Assembly: GCA_010093605.1 (NCBI GenBank)
Contig: MU004203.1
Location: 202,391 to 266,390, forward strand
Direction: 5' to 3'
Origin: Lophium mytilinum
Lineage: Eukaryota
DNA length: 64,000 bases
Part shown: positions 23,335-34,124 of the stretch, piece by piece
Layout: every line of letters starts with the position of its first letter
Numbering within the stretch: the stretch's first letter is position 1
Program-made: the position numbers and the translations under genes
Notes under the pieces: model-generated
Seen by the model: the letters and a program-made list of their open reading frames with translations, nothing else
Told to the model about the DNA's origin: nothing
Database searches by the model: none

Positions 23335-24236
23335 TGCGGCGGGAAAGGTGCGCGAGGATTGGGGAAATTGAAGGGTGGAGAACGCAGATAACGCTGAAAA
23401 TCGCTGGAAGTACAAGAGTAAAGCAATGGCGGGTTGACAATGGAGACGGAAGCTTCAAATTTGAGGCTTAGGTAGCTCTTTCCTTGTGAGAGGATATCCT
23501 GCTCATATAACAAACGACAACGAACCTGAGGGGCAGCGAAGCTCGAGATCAGGTGGGGGCAGATCGTAGCTTTATGCAGGGCGCACGGAAAAGAAACGAT
23601 ATCGACACTAACCTCAATCACTATGATGGCTGACTCGTGAAGTTAGCCCCATATTGGCGGATCGGCTCGCGCGTATCGAGGCAGAGACCAAAAGATGAGT
23701 CGCGGGCATCCTGATGATGCTGAAATATACGGTCTAAACATAGGCAGGAACATTGAAGTGCTATTTTTGTTCTTATTGGTGTGTTGAAGGACCTCTAACG
23801 GCTGTGAAGAGTTGTTGAGAGTTGGCAATGCTTGGTGGCGTTTGGTGGGGCTGGATCAGACACGTGATATAGTGAAATCGAAAAGTGCCTAAAGTGTCGA
23901 TAAAGACACCACATCTTCTGTTATTTCTTGAAATTACAGGTAAGCAGTTCTCTAGTATAGCCAGACACGATCTTAAGGGCGAGTCTCGTTACAGCCGCAC
24001 GTGATCTCGAAACGCGGACGCGCCATGATACGTATCCAGTCAGTGCGAACCTCTCTGCCACCGCTTGAGATTGGCCATCAAAACACGAAATCCCTTCACA
24101 CCACAGTACACAGCTCAAAGGTCTTAATATAACTTCCGAACCATCTCAAGTCATATTACAACAACTACACTCAAATGCTACAAAAGGCTGCTCACAGCCG
24201 GGTATACCCCCCTTACTCCGCCTTCTCCCTCCCCCC

Positions 24237-27200
24237 TCACGCTCCTCCTTCACTACCAAGCGGAGTGCTCACGCTCCTCTTCCCCCATCCCCAGAAGCCC
24301 CCAGCCTGCGCCGATTGCGTTCCCACGCTACCTGGGCTCGGCGTAGCCAGTTTTGCCCCAAAGAACCCATTACTGACCTCGCTGGGGGTGGCTTTATGCC
24401 CGGGACTCACCCCACTGCCTCCAGGACTGGCCACACCGCCACTCAGTGCTCTACGCATTGCATCCATCTTCCCCTTTAGCTCTTCTAGCTCCTGTCGTGC
24501 AACCGCTTCAGACGTTTTCGCAGTTACTAGCTCTAGTAGAAGTGCCTCGTTGTCGGCAGGTGCGTGGTTTTCGGTAGCAAGAACAGATTGAGTTGCTAGA
24601 CTACTCGAGCGTTTTGCGAAGGTTTGTTGCTGCTTCACCGAGCCAGTGCGATTAAGCTTGAACTCCCTCAACCCACTCACACTCACGTTCGAGGCGGTCG
24701 TGTCAGCAGTATCAGACCTCGTGAGAGACGGAGGAGTGGAGCTGTCCGGGCTAGTGTCCGCAGGCGACCATGGGATCGAGCCTTTGCGAGCAGAAGCGCG
24801 GAGATCATTCACCACCTTGTCGAGGCGTTGTCTCTCCGAGTACGATTCTTGAAGCCGGTGCCTCGTTTCACGTATGACTTCTTGCGCGGAAGCAAGGTCC
24901 TTGTCGCGCTCATCCAGTTGACGTTGGAGAGTGTGTGTGCGGGTTGCTTCACCGTTCAGCTGCTCCTTAGTGCGAGACAGAGATTCGCGGAGGAACTCCT
25001 TCGTCTCGAAAGCGGAGGATTTGCGGCGGTGGGACTTGTCGGCAGGGAAGCGGGTGTCGAGGCTCTCCACGAGATTGACCACTTCGGCGGGTATTGGGGA
25101 CTGTGATGAGGCGCCCATTCCAACAGACAAGAGTTGGGATAGGGATGCGCCGCGTTTGTGGCTGTGATGATGGCGGGAGGTGGATGGGTGTATAGTTCTA
25201 ATGCGGTCGACAACAGCGCGGACAGCGCGCTGATCTTCGCGGCGTTCTTCGCGCTCCCTCTGGAGCTCGTCTGTCAGTGAAGTGTGGTCTTTTTGCATCT
25301 GGCTTATATGCACCAGCAGCTCCTCGATCTGTCCATGCAGGTCCTTGTCTTTGTTGGACACGGTCATCCTGACTGATGGTGCGAAAGACTCTGCAGTTGA
25401 TTTGATGGAAAGTGCATCTGCTGATGAGACTCGAGAGGTACTCGAAACCTCTGTGGGAGCGGTGCTAGCGTGACTAGCGTCTGATCCTCCTTCGATGGAA
25501 TTAAGAGTCGATGCAAGGCTCTGTTTTGATGGTGTCCTGCGAAGGAAGCTGACAGGTCGTGAAGGAGCGGAAAGATTCGGGCTTAGAGAGACAGACTTGG
25601 TGGACGAGCTGCTTGGCGCCCATAGCCTACCCAGGAACGACGTCGCGGTTTTTTGGACCCCAGGCTTAACACCTCCTTCGTCTTTCTGCGTCTTGAAGCC
25701 CGCCTCGAGATTCTGCAGGCTATCTCGCGTCACTACGCCTGTAAAGCCTACAAAGTCGTTGACGAGCTCATCAGCCGATCTCGCGTTGCGTCCATAGGGA
25801 TCCCAGAGTGCTCGCGAGAGCAGGAGTTGCATGACGTCCTCAAATTCGCTGGATGCCAAGATTTTCTCCTCGTTCCTCTTCATAATAGATAGGGCAACGC
25901 GCATAATCGTCTCGGATGCGCCCTCGGCAAATATCACATCGTAGATCCGGAAAAGCATTGGCAATGGGCATGTGACTGCGAAAAACGACAAGAACCACTG
26001 GGAGAGGTATGCTGCCTCGACCTGGAGAGTATCGAGATGTGCTGAGAGTTCTGGCATATGCTGCTTGAGCAATTGCTGGAATTGATAAATTCGGAGGTGC
26101 AGCCCGGAAAGATCCGGAAGGAAACAGGACCTCAGGTCGTAGTCTTCCATGAGCCTGGAGAATATTAGTGGTGATCCAAGAACTCTAGGGGGGTAGAACA
26201 TACCGAACAAGAACACAGAATGCCTCCTTGTCGCCCATCTGCATCAGCAGTGGGCCAACGAGGAAGCCCAGTCCCTGGCAATAGCCTATCTTAGTATCGT
26301 ACAAGCTGAAACATTTCAGCACCCGTCCCATCATCTTCTGGCCTTCACCTTCCGGGTCGCGGAACATGTCCACACCCGGGAAACTCCTGCCAATGTCCTT
26401 GTTGATTATGTTCTCGTAGGAACTAGGCTGTCCACACAGCGACTCGTACTGCTCTTCTATTAGCCGATCTCGGGAGCCTGCCATGCTTTGCCACACGACT
26501 CCTCGTAGAGGAGGTGGGATTCCACCTCTGATCTTATTCAGGGTGAGGGTCGGGAGTCGTTGTATGGTTTGGGGATAGTCCCGGACGAGGGCTGCCCAGA
26601 ATTCGAGCTCGGTCATCGGTGGTGGGGATGGTAGTAGGGAGAATCGGACTGCGGCTCCATCTTGTTCCGCGACCAGCTTCTTCAGCTGGTGTATCGAAGG
26701 CGGTCGAGACTGGCTGCGAGACCGAGCTTTGAGGCCGGACTTAGGGTCTGTAGCTATGGCGTTGTTTTCTTGTTCGAGGCGCGCTAGAAGCAAGGCCATT
26801 GACTGCACATGTCAGCGATAGCCAATTATATGATGTTGTTGCAGCATACATCATCAGATCCCTTCTCCCGCGGCTCCTGTTCCTCTGTCTTCTCCAACTC
26901 CTCCCAGTCTACTTGTACACTGTGATCCGTCTCGTTGCTGTCGCTTCTAGAGCGCTTCGGTGTTGTAGGAGGACTCAGTCGCTGCGAGTCTCGAGGAGAG
27001 GTCGGGGAGTCGGGCGTGATTGTCGCGTCCTGGCTGGAATCTCGAGAAGTAGAACCACGAAGGATGTCTAGTGATGATGGCCGTGATGAAAGTCTTCGCG
27101 TGTCAATCTTGATCTCGGGTTGCCGCGATTGGCGGGTGTCCTCCTCTTCTGTCTCTGTCATCTGGCCTGCGTCCGACTCAGACAGACTCACGGTGACCAT

Positions 27201-27299
27201 AGAATCGGTGGGCAGGGGCTGGCTGTCCACATGCGTCCGCGGCGAGCGCTTTACCGCTTCTGCCGCCATATGTACGGAATCGGTAGCCTCCAGATCCAT
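24237..27299 (-). CDS. GYP5: Rab GTPase-activating protein (TBC domain, Gyp5/EVI5-like), 3 exons
   Basis: Introns 26803-26849 and 26155-26203. Motifs GIPPPLRGVVWQ, INKDIGRSFP, GYCQGLGF, YLSQWFLSFF and RIYDVIFAEG. Coiled-coil C-terminus. Confidence 0.9.
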
Positions 27300-29201
27300 G
27301 GTGAATATGCAATGTGCGCTCAATATAGGGACATCTGAGGAAGGAGCTCCTGGACAGAGCTTCGGTGGTGAAGACTGCGGCACGCGGTTGAGCAGGACAA
27401 CAACCCCGCGAAGGCACCCTGTACGTCGGAGTATCTCGTGCCGCCCGGCCTGGTAGAATAGGCGTGGTGATGCACCTACAAACAGTGCTGGCGGGCTTGG
27501 TGTTTCAAAGGGAGGGTCGGGTAGGAGCTCGTCGAGGGCCGAAAGAAGCTTGAATCTGGGGCAATGCGGTCGCTGAGAGCTTCGCTCGCTGTGTCGATTT
27601 GTATATACAGATAATGAGCGACTGTGCAGCTAAAACAGATATACAAGAAGGCAGAAGGAGTGTGAGTCTGGAGGGGAGGGGAATCTGGCGGTCAGGTCGT
27701 GAAGGGGTCAAGCTGCCCCTGCTGCCGTTATCAAAAAGGAGAGGCCCTTGGGCCTTGGCGCGTGACTGGGTCCCATAATTGGCCGCACCCACGCCTTTTC
27801 TCCGCAAATTAATATCGCCATTGTCCCCAATAACTGCCGCTCTCCCTTGCTGAACATCAACTTTGCCATCCTCCATCAGGGAGCTCTCTACATTGGTGTC
27901 GGCTGCTGCGGATGCCTCCTTTACAACGCGGCGCCGTGTGCTCGTTCATGCCTCATCGAAATCTATCCCGAGAGCTCACCGACTCATCACTATTCATCAA
28001 AGACGCGTCTTATATCACCCAGTCACAAGCAGAACTGCTTGAAAATGTATGGGTAAGCAAGTCAAGAACGAGTAATGCGTAGAATCCTCGCCCAAGCTTC
28101 ACGACTGCGAGTTTCGCGGCGTCTGTGGGCTACCGAAGCCTAGGCACTCCGACCTTAACTTTACTACTATGTCTCAACACCTTCTAAAGGACCTCATCCC
28201 AAGCTCGAGTAGCCACGGTTCTGCCAATAGGCTAGATAATCTGGTGGACATATGGAGTAGGCCTCTTTCAACACTGCGATCCCTTGTGAAGACGATCACA
28301 GGAATCTCGTCCCTTTTCGACTACCTTGATGGTCGATCTTGACTCCATTCGATGAAGCTTTTCGGTATAGCGTCCCAAAATTAGCTCCGTGCTCAACATT
28401 AAGCCGATATTCGACGACTATTGGGTATCTCGATTTTAGCGTCGCCTGCGGTTTCTTTAAGCCAAAAGCCTCCAAAAACCTACTATGATGTGGACCGTTC
28501 AGTTCTCGGTGCTGGGGGCAAGTTGTCATGCCTTCGGCAATGGTCTGGCAGTGTTCTTGTTGGCTGCATCCAGCAGCTAACCGCTTTCTACGTCCGCTTT
28601 TTTGTAGGTATTTCCATAGAGCCTATTCTTTTTCTGAATCGTCATGAACTTGATATACATCCATATTTCTGTGACTCTCCACCTTATTTGACAAGATACC
28701 GTGGATGGGCGATAAGTTCATCGTGAGTCAAGTGTCTCTCGTCCCCGCTATGACACCTTATTTTGTTCTACTAACACGGCAGTGCGCACACAAACCCAAC
28801 AACGAAAGCACTTTTCCTGTCTCAGTTCTCTACTTTGAAAAGAACAATCATTCCTTGCTGTCTTCGAGCCGCTTTTGACCTCTACCAATATGCTTAGTGT
28901 CTCACGCTTTCTTTGCCTACGATGTGTCTTGGTGGAATATTGTAGTCGTCTGCTGGTTCAAAGAACAACTACTCGCATGAAACTTTCTCTTCACGAGAGT
29001 TTCGACGCTCAGAGTCCATTCAAGGAAACGTAGGACACAGCCTGTGGCTATCCGGTTAAAAAGGCTTGCGTGAACTCCCAGAGAGTCACTCCCACGCAGA
29101 TTGCCTTCCATCATCATTTCGGATCAGCCAGCATATCGCATTCGTAAGTGACTCTTGGTCAGAAAGGTCTTTCATCTCGACGTCATTCATCATTCTCCAA
29201 A

Positions 29202-30959
29202 ATGAGCAGCTCCCTCGCAATGCGCCCGAAGAGACGTGCATCTGCCATCTCCTCCGTACCGTCTGGGGACGCGGCTACTCAAGAGAACAACTCTAAGCCA
29301 CGAGATACAGCTTCCGTTCCATCGCCTTCCCCACCAAAGAAGAGACATACATGCAAAGAGGATGTCCCGTCAACAAGCAACCAAGACGAGGAGGATTCCG
29401 ATGCGGAGGATGGACCACTCACCCAGATGAGTCGAAGACAAGGCGCAATTTCCATACAAGGTGGTTTTCAGCCTCCGTCTGTGTTTGTGCCTCCTATCAC
29501 AGGCCTGTCTTTCGATCATGCGGCTGGGCTCTTTTCTACGGCCCAAGGGGTCTCTTCCGACCCAGCCACTGGACTTATGCCTTCAAATATGGCTGAATCG
29601 AGCTCGTCAGATCCAACCGTAGACTCCTCGCAACGGCCAGCGCCCCTTCCACCCTGGGATAGTCTAAAGGAGGAAATAGAACCACTCTTCACCATCCTCG
29701 CCACCCCAGAGCCCACCGTCGACACTAACCGCCCCGAAATACCTGACGACGACCCTCCCAAGCGCAAACGCGGCGCTTTTGCCGCACACGCCTCGAAGTA
29801 CCACCCACCCTCCCACACCCACTGGGCCACCCGCACAACCACCCAATCTCCACACGACTACACCCTCCCCGCTCTCTTCGCCGACCACACTTTCAAACGC
29901 GGCACCCGCTTCGTCCCCGCCCAGCTCTCCAAAGGCTTTACCAACAAACCCGGCGACCCAATCCCCGGTCCGCCATTCGACCAAGCCACCCTCTTGGTTC
30001 TGAAGCTGCTAGACACCCGCATAGACCCTCGAACCGGTAAGCCCCGGAACACGCCTGTGGTGGTCCGCCATCCTGTGCCTAAGGACTGGAGCTGCAGAGC
30101 CACAATCCGCCAGCTGAACATCGACCGCGCGCAGAACCTCCGCCGGATCACGGGGGTGTTGCAGCGGAAGGTGTGCGTACCCTACGAAACGGAAGAGCGA
30201 GAGTGGATCGCGCGGGAGAAAGACAGATTCAACTCCGACTCCAACACCACCAAGAACGGAAATGGTGGCCGAAAAGGAGCTCGCAAAGACTTCGAAGCGC
30301 GTTTCAACGAGCACTTCGAAGGGAAGCTTGTCGGGAACTACTGGAAGCCGCGAGAGGCACGGAGCCAAGCGAGTTTGGATGCGGAGTATAACCGTGGGAA
30401 GCGGTACTATGACGAGGGAAGGGTGCCACCGGAAACTGCAAAGGTGTTGGCTAAGGATGATTTCGGATGGAGGGAGCAAAGGGTGTTGCACTACATGCTG
30501 AACAAGACGCCGACGCTGAGTCTTGATGCGGAGTTTGTGGAGACGTTTAACGCGAACATGGCAGCGGCGCACCCGCGTAGCCTCTCTCAGCTGAAGAAGG
30601 AAATGCAGCGCAATTCGAGGCTGTATGAGAATCCGGGGTATGTCTTCCCATCGTACCCGCCCAAAGGTGCGGTGGACAATTTCCGTTACGCGGAAAGGAA
30701 GTGTATTGCAGAGGTTATGGGAAAGCATCCGGACATTGATATGGAGAAGGTGGCGGAAGTGCTGAATGAGCGCTTCGAGGGGGAAGTATTGGACGGAGTT
30801 ATGAGGGTCGAGAGGACGGTAGGCAGTGTAAAGCTCGAGGTCGAAAGGTTTGTAGAGGCGTATCGGAAGGGGGAGGTTCCGGTAGAGATGAGGGCGGTGG
30901 AAGAGATGAAGGCCATCAGAGAGGAGGAGGATGAGATGGACACCGCAGAGGAAGTATGA
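29202..30959 (+). CDS. Hypothetical protein with three Myb/SANT-like repeats, orphan family B copy 1
   Basis: Long single-exon ORF. LKLLDTRIDPRTGKP domain followed by three [YF]xxxE[RQ]xx[IL]...[FL]N...R[ST]...E...Y repeats. Alignable with 44458-47235. Confidence 0.78.
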   Translation: MSSSLAMRPKRRASAISSVPSGDAATQENNSKPRDTASVPSPSPPKKRHTCKEDVPSTSNQDEEDSDAEDGPLTQMSRRQGAISIQGGFQPPSVFVPPITGLSFDHAAGLFSTAQGVSSDPATGLMPSNMAESSSSDPTVDSSQRPAPLPPWDSLKEEIEPLFTILATPEPTVDTNRPEIPDDDPPKRKRGAFAAHASKYHPPSHTHWATRTTTQSPHDYTLPALFADHTFKRGTRFVPAQLSKGFTNKPGDPIPGPPFDQATLLVLKLLDTRIDPRTGKPRNTPVVVRHPVPKDWSCRATIRQLNIDRAQNLRRITGVLQRKVCVPYETEEREWIAREKDRFNSDSNTTKNGNGGRKGARKDFEARFNEHFEGKLVGNYWKPREARSQASLDAEYNRGKRYYDEGRVPPETAKVLAKDDFGWREQRVLHYMLNKTPTLSLDAEFVETFNANMAAAHPRSLSQLKKEMQRNSRLYENPGYVFPSYPPKGAVDNFRYAERKCIAEVMGKHPDIDMEKVAEVLNERFEGEVLDGVMRVERTVGSVKLEVERFVEAYRKGEVPVEMRAVEEMKAIREEEDEMDTAEEV

Positions 30960-31584
30960 CAGCGACGAGGAGTAGGTGGTGTTGAAATTCTTAGGGGGGT
31001 TGCTTGGTTCACGGTGTTCTGGTTTGTCAATGGTTTGTTATGTCTGTACGTATCTATTGGAGTCTGAGGCGTTTGGGTTGGTATATCTTATTTTCTGCAC
31101 ACTTCTCAATAACTCCTCCGTGGTATCAGTGGATAGTATCCTGAGTATCTCTACGCTTCTATGCTGGCTTCTCTACCCTAGCACAATCCTCGGTGGTCTT
31201 CACCGGCTGTACATCCTTCGTTCGCTTTGTCAACAAATTTGAAGTGACAAAGTTGGAGCTCTTGCGCTAGCTCCCAATTCTGCACCTCCCACAAACACAG
31301 CTGCGAATTTTCTGCAACACGCTGTAGTCCCTCAAGCATATACCTACCACAGCAACACTTCAACGATCAGTGTCTGATCCTTAGCTCCTTGCCAGTGTAC
31401 TCTCCCCAAGCTCGTAAGTCAGCCCTCATGTTCCAGCACTCTCTAAAACAGGTCCGCCGCACGCTCTTTCAAAGCATCAGGCTAGTAGTGATTGAAGCCA
31501 CTCCATACGGCATCATTAGTCGAGCAGTATCATCATAGCAAGCTCTTGGTCTGAGATCGCTGACCAAATACCAGGACATCTGCC

Positions 31585-32782
31585 ATGTCTTCCAACAACA
31601 ATAGCTCAACCAACAGAAAGGGCAAGAAGGGTCGCCGGGGCACGAACCGTGAAGGACGCCAGGGCCAGTCATCTCAACAACAGCATGGCCAGCAAGGGCT
31701 CTCAGGAGGCCATATCGTGCAGCCAACTGGCGCTCCGACTGGGTCTTTGAACCCCAATGCGTCAGCCTTCCTGCCGGCGTCTCTGCCGAGAAACCCCTAC
31801 CTCCATCCAAACGACCCACCCATCGTGCCAGCGTCGCTAGTCTCGCAAGGTATGTCAAATGTATCCTAATTAAGCAGTAAAAAGATCATAGTTGAAGACT
31901 TGCTGGCAACCCTACCACCATAGTCATTACTTGTCTAACTTCTATTCAGTGCGACGGACTCCCTCAGTGGCCAATACTCCTAGTGACTCCGATTCAAGCC
32001 CATACGTCCCTGGCCAGGGCCTGCGTTACCGGACTGCCAAACAGCTTCAGCAGGCCAGGACTCCTGCGGCTTCTTCCAGCCAACGACCTACACGCCAAGG
32101 TCCTCAGCAGGGCACCCCGTTGCCACGCAACTGGGAGAACCAAGACCAGAACCAGATTCAGCGACAAGCACAGCCTCCTACTCGCCCGCAGCGTGGCCAG
32201 CAGACGCATGGTCCAACGCAAAGCCCGCAGGAACCTCAAATACCCGTCACTGACCCGCGATACGTCCACGCGTGGGCTCCATCCACCACGTCCGGCGGCA
32301 GTCAGGTCGGAGGCTCCGTAGCCGCAGGAAATGCCACTCCGTCCAACAATCCGCCTCTACAAATGCCCGCCTCGCTCGCAAACCTCTTCAAACCCCCGCC
32401 CTCTGGCACTTCAACGCCCACAAACACCACTCTCAGCCTGCGCCGCTTCCTCGAAGAGCCTGGACGGCTCGTCTATGAACAGCAAATGCCCGCTCTCCGC
32501 CAGCTCATCATGCGCTTCATCACGTACGCGGAGCACGACCCCACCGGTCCGCCGAGAGCAGAGCGGGTGGCGATGCTGCGGGTGTATACGCGGGGTTTGA
32601 GCGATGCGGCGGTGGCGCAGAGGCTGGTGTATGCGGTGAGGGGATGGACGGATGAAGTGGAAGATGCGTTGCTGGTGGAGGTGATTCGGGAGGAGAGGGA
32701 GAAGCTTGGGAGAGAGGGGAGGGAGATGGAGGAAGCGGAGAATGAGAAGCGATTACGGGAGGAGGGGGAGGCTGGGGAGTAG
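31585..32782 (+). CDS. Hypothetical Q/P-rich protein with PAM2-like motif, 2 exons (intron 31850-31949)
   Basis: GTATGT...CTAAC...CAG intron keeps frame (SQ-V-RRTP). SLNPNASAFLP resembles PAM2. Helical, charged C-terminus. Confidence 0.7.
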
Positions 32783-33305
32783 AGCTGGCAAAGGTATGTT
32801 TACCCCTTATATTCGTCGGTTGCTGGGCTTTTAGTAATACGCAGCAGCACAGAGACGCGGCTTTGAGCATCAATAGCTATTGCGCATACTTCCCACGGAT
32901 CTTTGTTTTGGACGCCCTATCCACCTCAGTATCCGCTGCCTCTGATGTTCGGAGAGTTTTGAAACCAATTCTACAGCTATGGCCAGCCATGCTATCTACC
33001 GCCACCTCTGTTTCTACCTCTCCACTGGGATAGAAGGCCTATACCATCGCTCCTCCGCATGGCCCTTGTCCAAACCCATCCTTGCCGGGGTATTGGTATG
33101 GTTCCCTGGTTCGATTACTTGCTTTTTTGTTTTTTGATTGTAATAATCTCTTGTTCCCCTTTCCTGTAGTAGCCTAGCGTTTTGGTTATGTAGTAAGAGC
33201 GAACAGGAAGAAATGGTAATTAGTATGGCTTGTATGTTAAAGAATCGATATTAGATAATCCAGTCAGAGGAGGCTTGTGCGCTTGATAAGCTAAGCAAAT
33301 ACCGT

Positions 33306-33799
33306 ATTTGTCGGGTGCAAAACAGCACGGAATCCTTGGCACAACTCTCTGCCACACTAAAATAATTCTTAGGAATACCAACTATAAGATTTATTAATAG
33401 AATTAACTCTAAAAACTAATAAAGTATAGGTATAAGCTACTAGAGTATATTACCTAGGCTTTCCCTTCTATTAATTATTTTTAAGGGCGTAATTCTAGTT
33501 ATAGTAAGAAGATATAATAGGTGCCGCCCGCGGAAGATACCGCCCCCTGCTGCCCTATATTGCACCCCTGCTATACCCCTGCCGCCCGCCTTTTCTATAC
33601 CTTTCTTTACTAGAAATAACTTCTCTTCCTATAAATATTTAGAGCTTATACTTTTAAGATAAAGTAGGTAGTATATAAAGTAGCTTCTAGAGAAGTTTAA
33701 AGGTAATAACTCTATATTTATACCTTTTAGTTGTTAGAAAATGTGTAGTGTGGCAGAGAGTTTTGCCAAGGAATCCGTGCTGTTTTGCACCCGACAAAT
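33306..33799. mobile_element. Non-autonomous TIR element (MITE), ATTTGTCG...CGACAAAT family copy 1
   Basis: Near-perfect inverted repeat 33302-33359 / 33746-33803 (55/58). RIP-like AT-rich interior. Termini similar to the 40208-43974 element. Confidence 0.9.
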
Positions 33800-34124
33800 G
33801 CGGGGGCACGTACAGAAGCTCGCAAGTGCCGCTAAAATACTATTTGCCCAAATATACCGTTCTTCAATCTTCAACTGACTCTCGTCCCAGAAAGTCCGCC
33901 ATTGACCAGGTCGTTATTTCTAGAAAAGGCGAAGATGATGAGCTATAAGGACCATGAATGGCCCCTGTGGCGCGGATGCATCGGGGCAGTGTGTCAAATG
34001 GAATGCTCTTACGCGCCGCCAAGGCCTGTGCCACCTTGCAGCTAACACCTTTTCTTCCCGCGCCGACCTGATCTCTCATAACAATGAACGCAGATCAGTA
34101 GATCCATTCACGTATCGCTCGATC

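Noticed and set aside
33302..33803. Tc1/mariner assignment for the first MITE (left flank TA + CCGT)
   Set aside because: The right end is followed by GG, not TA, and the related element at 40208 lacks the CCGT extension.
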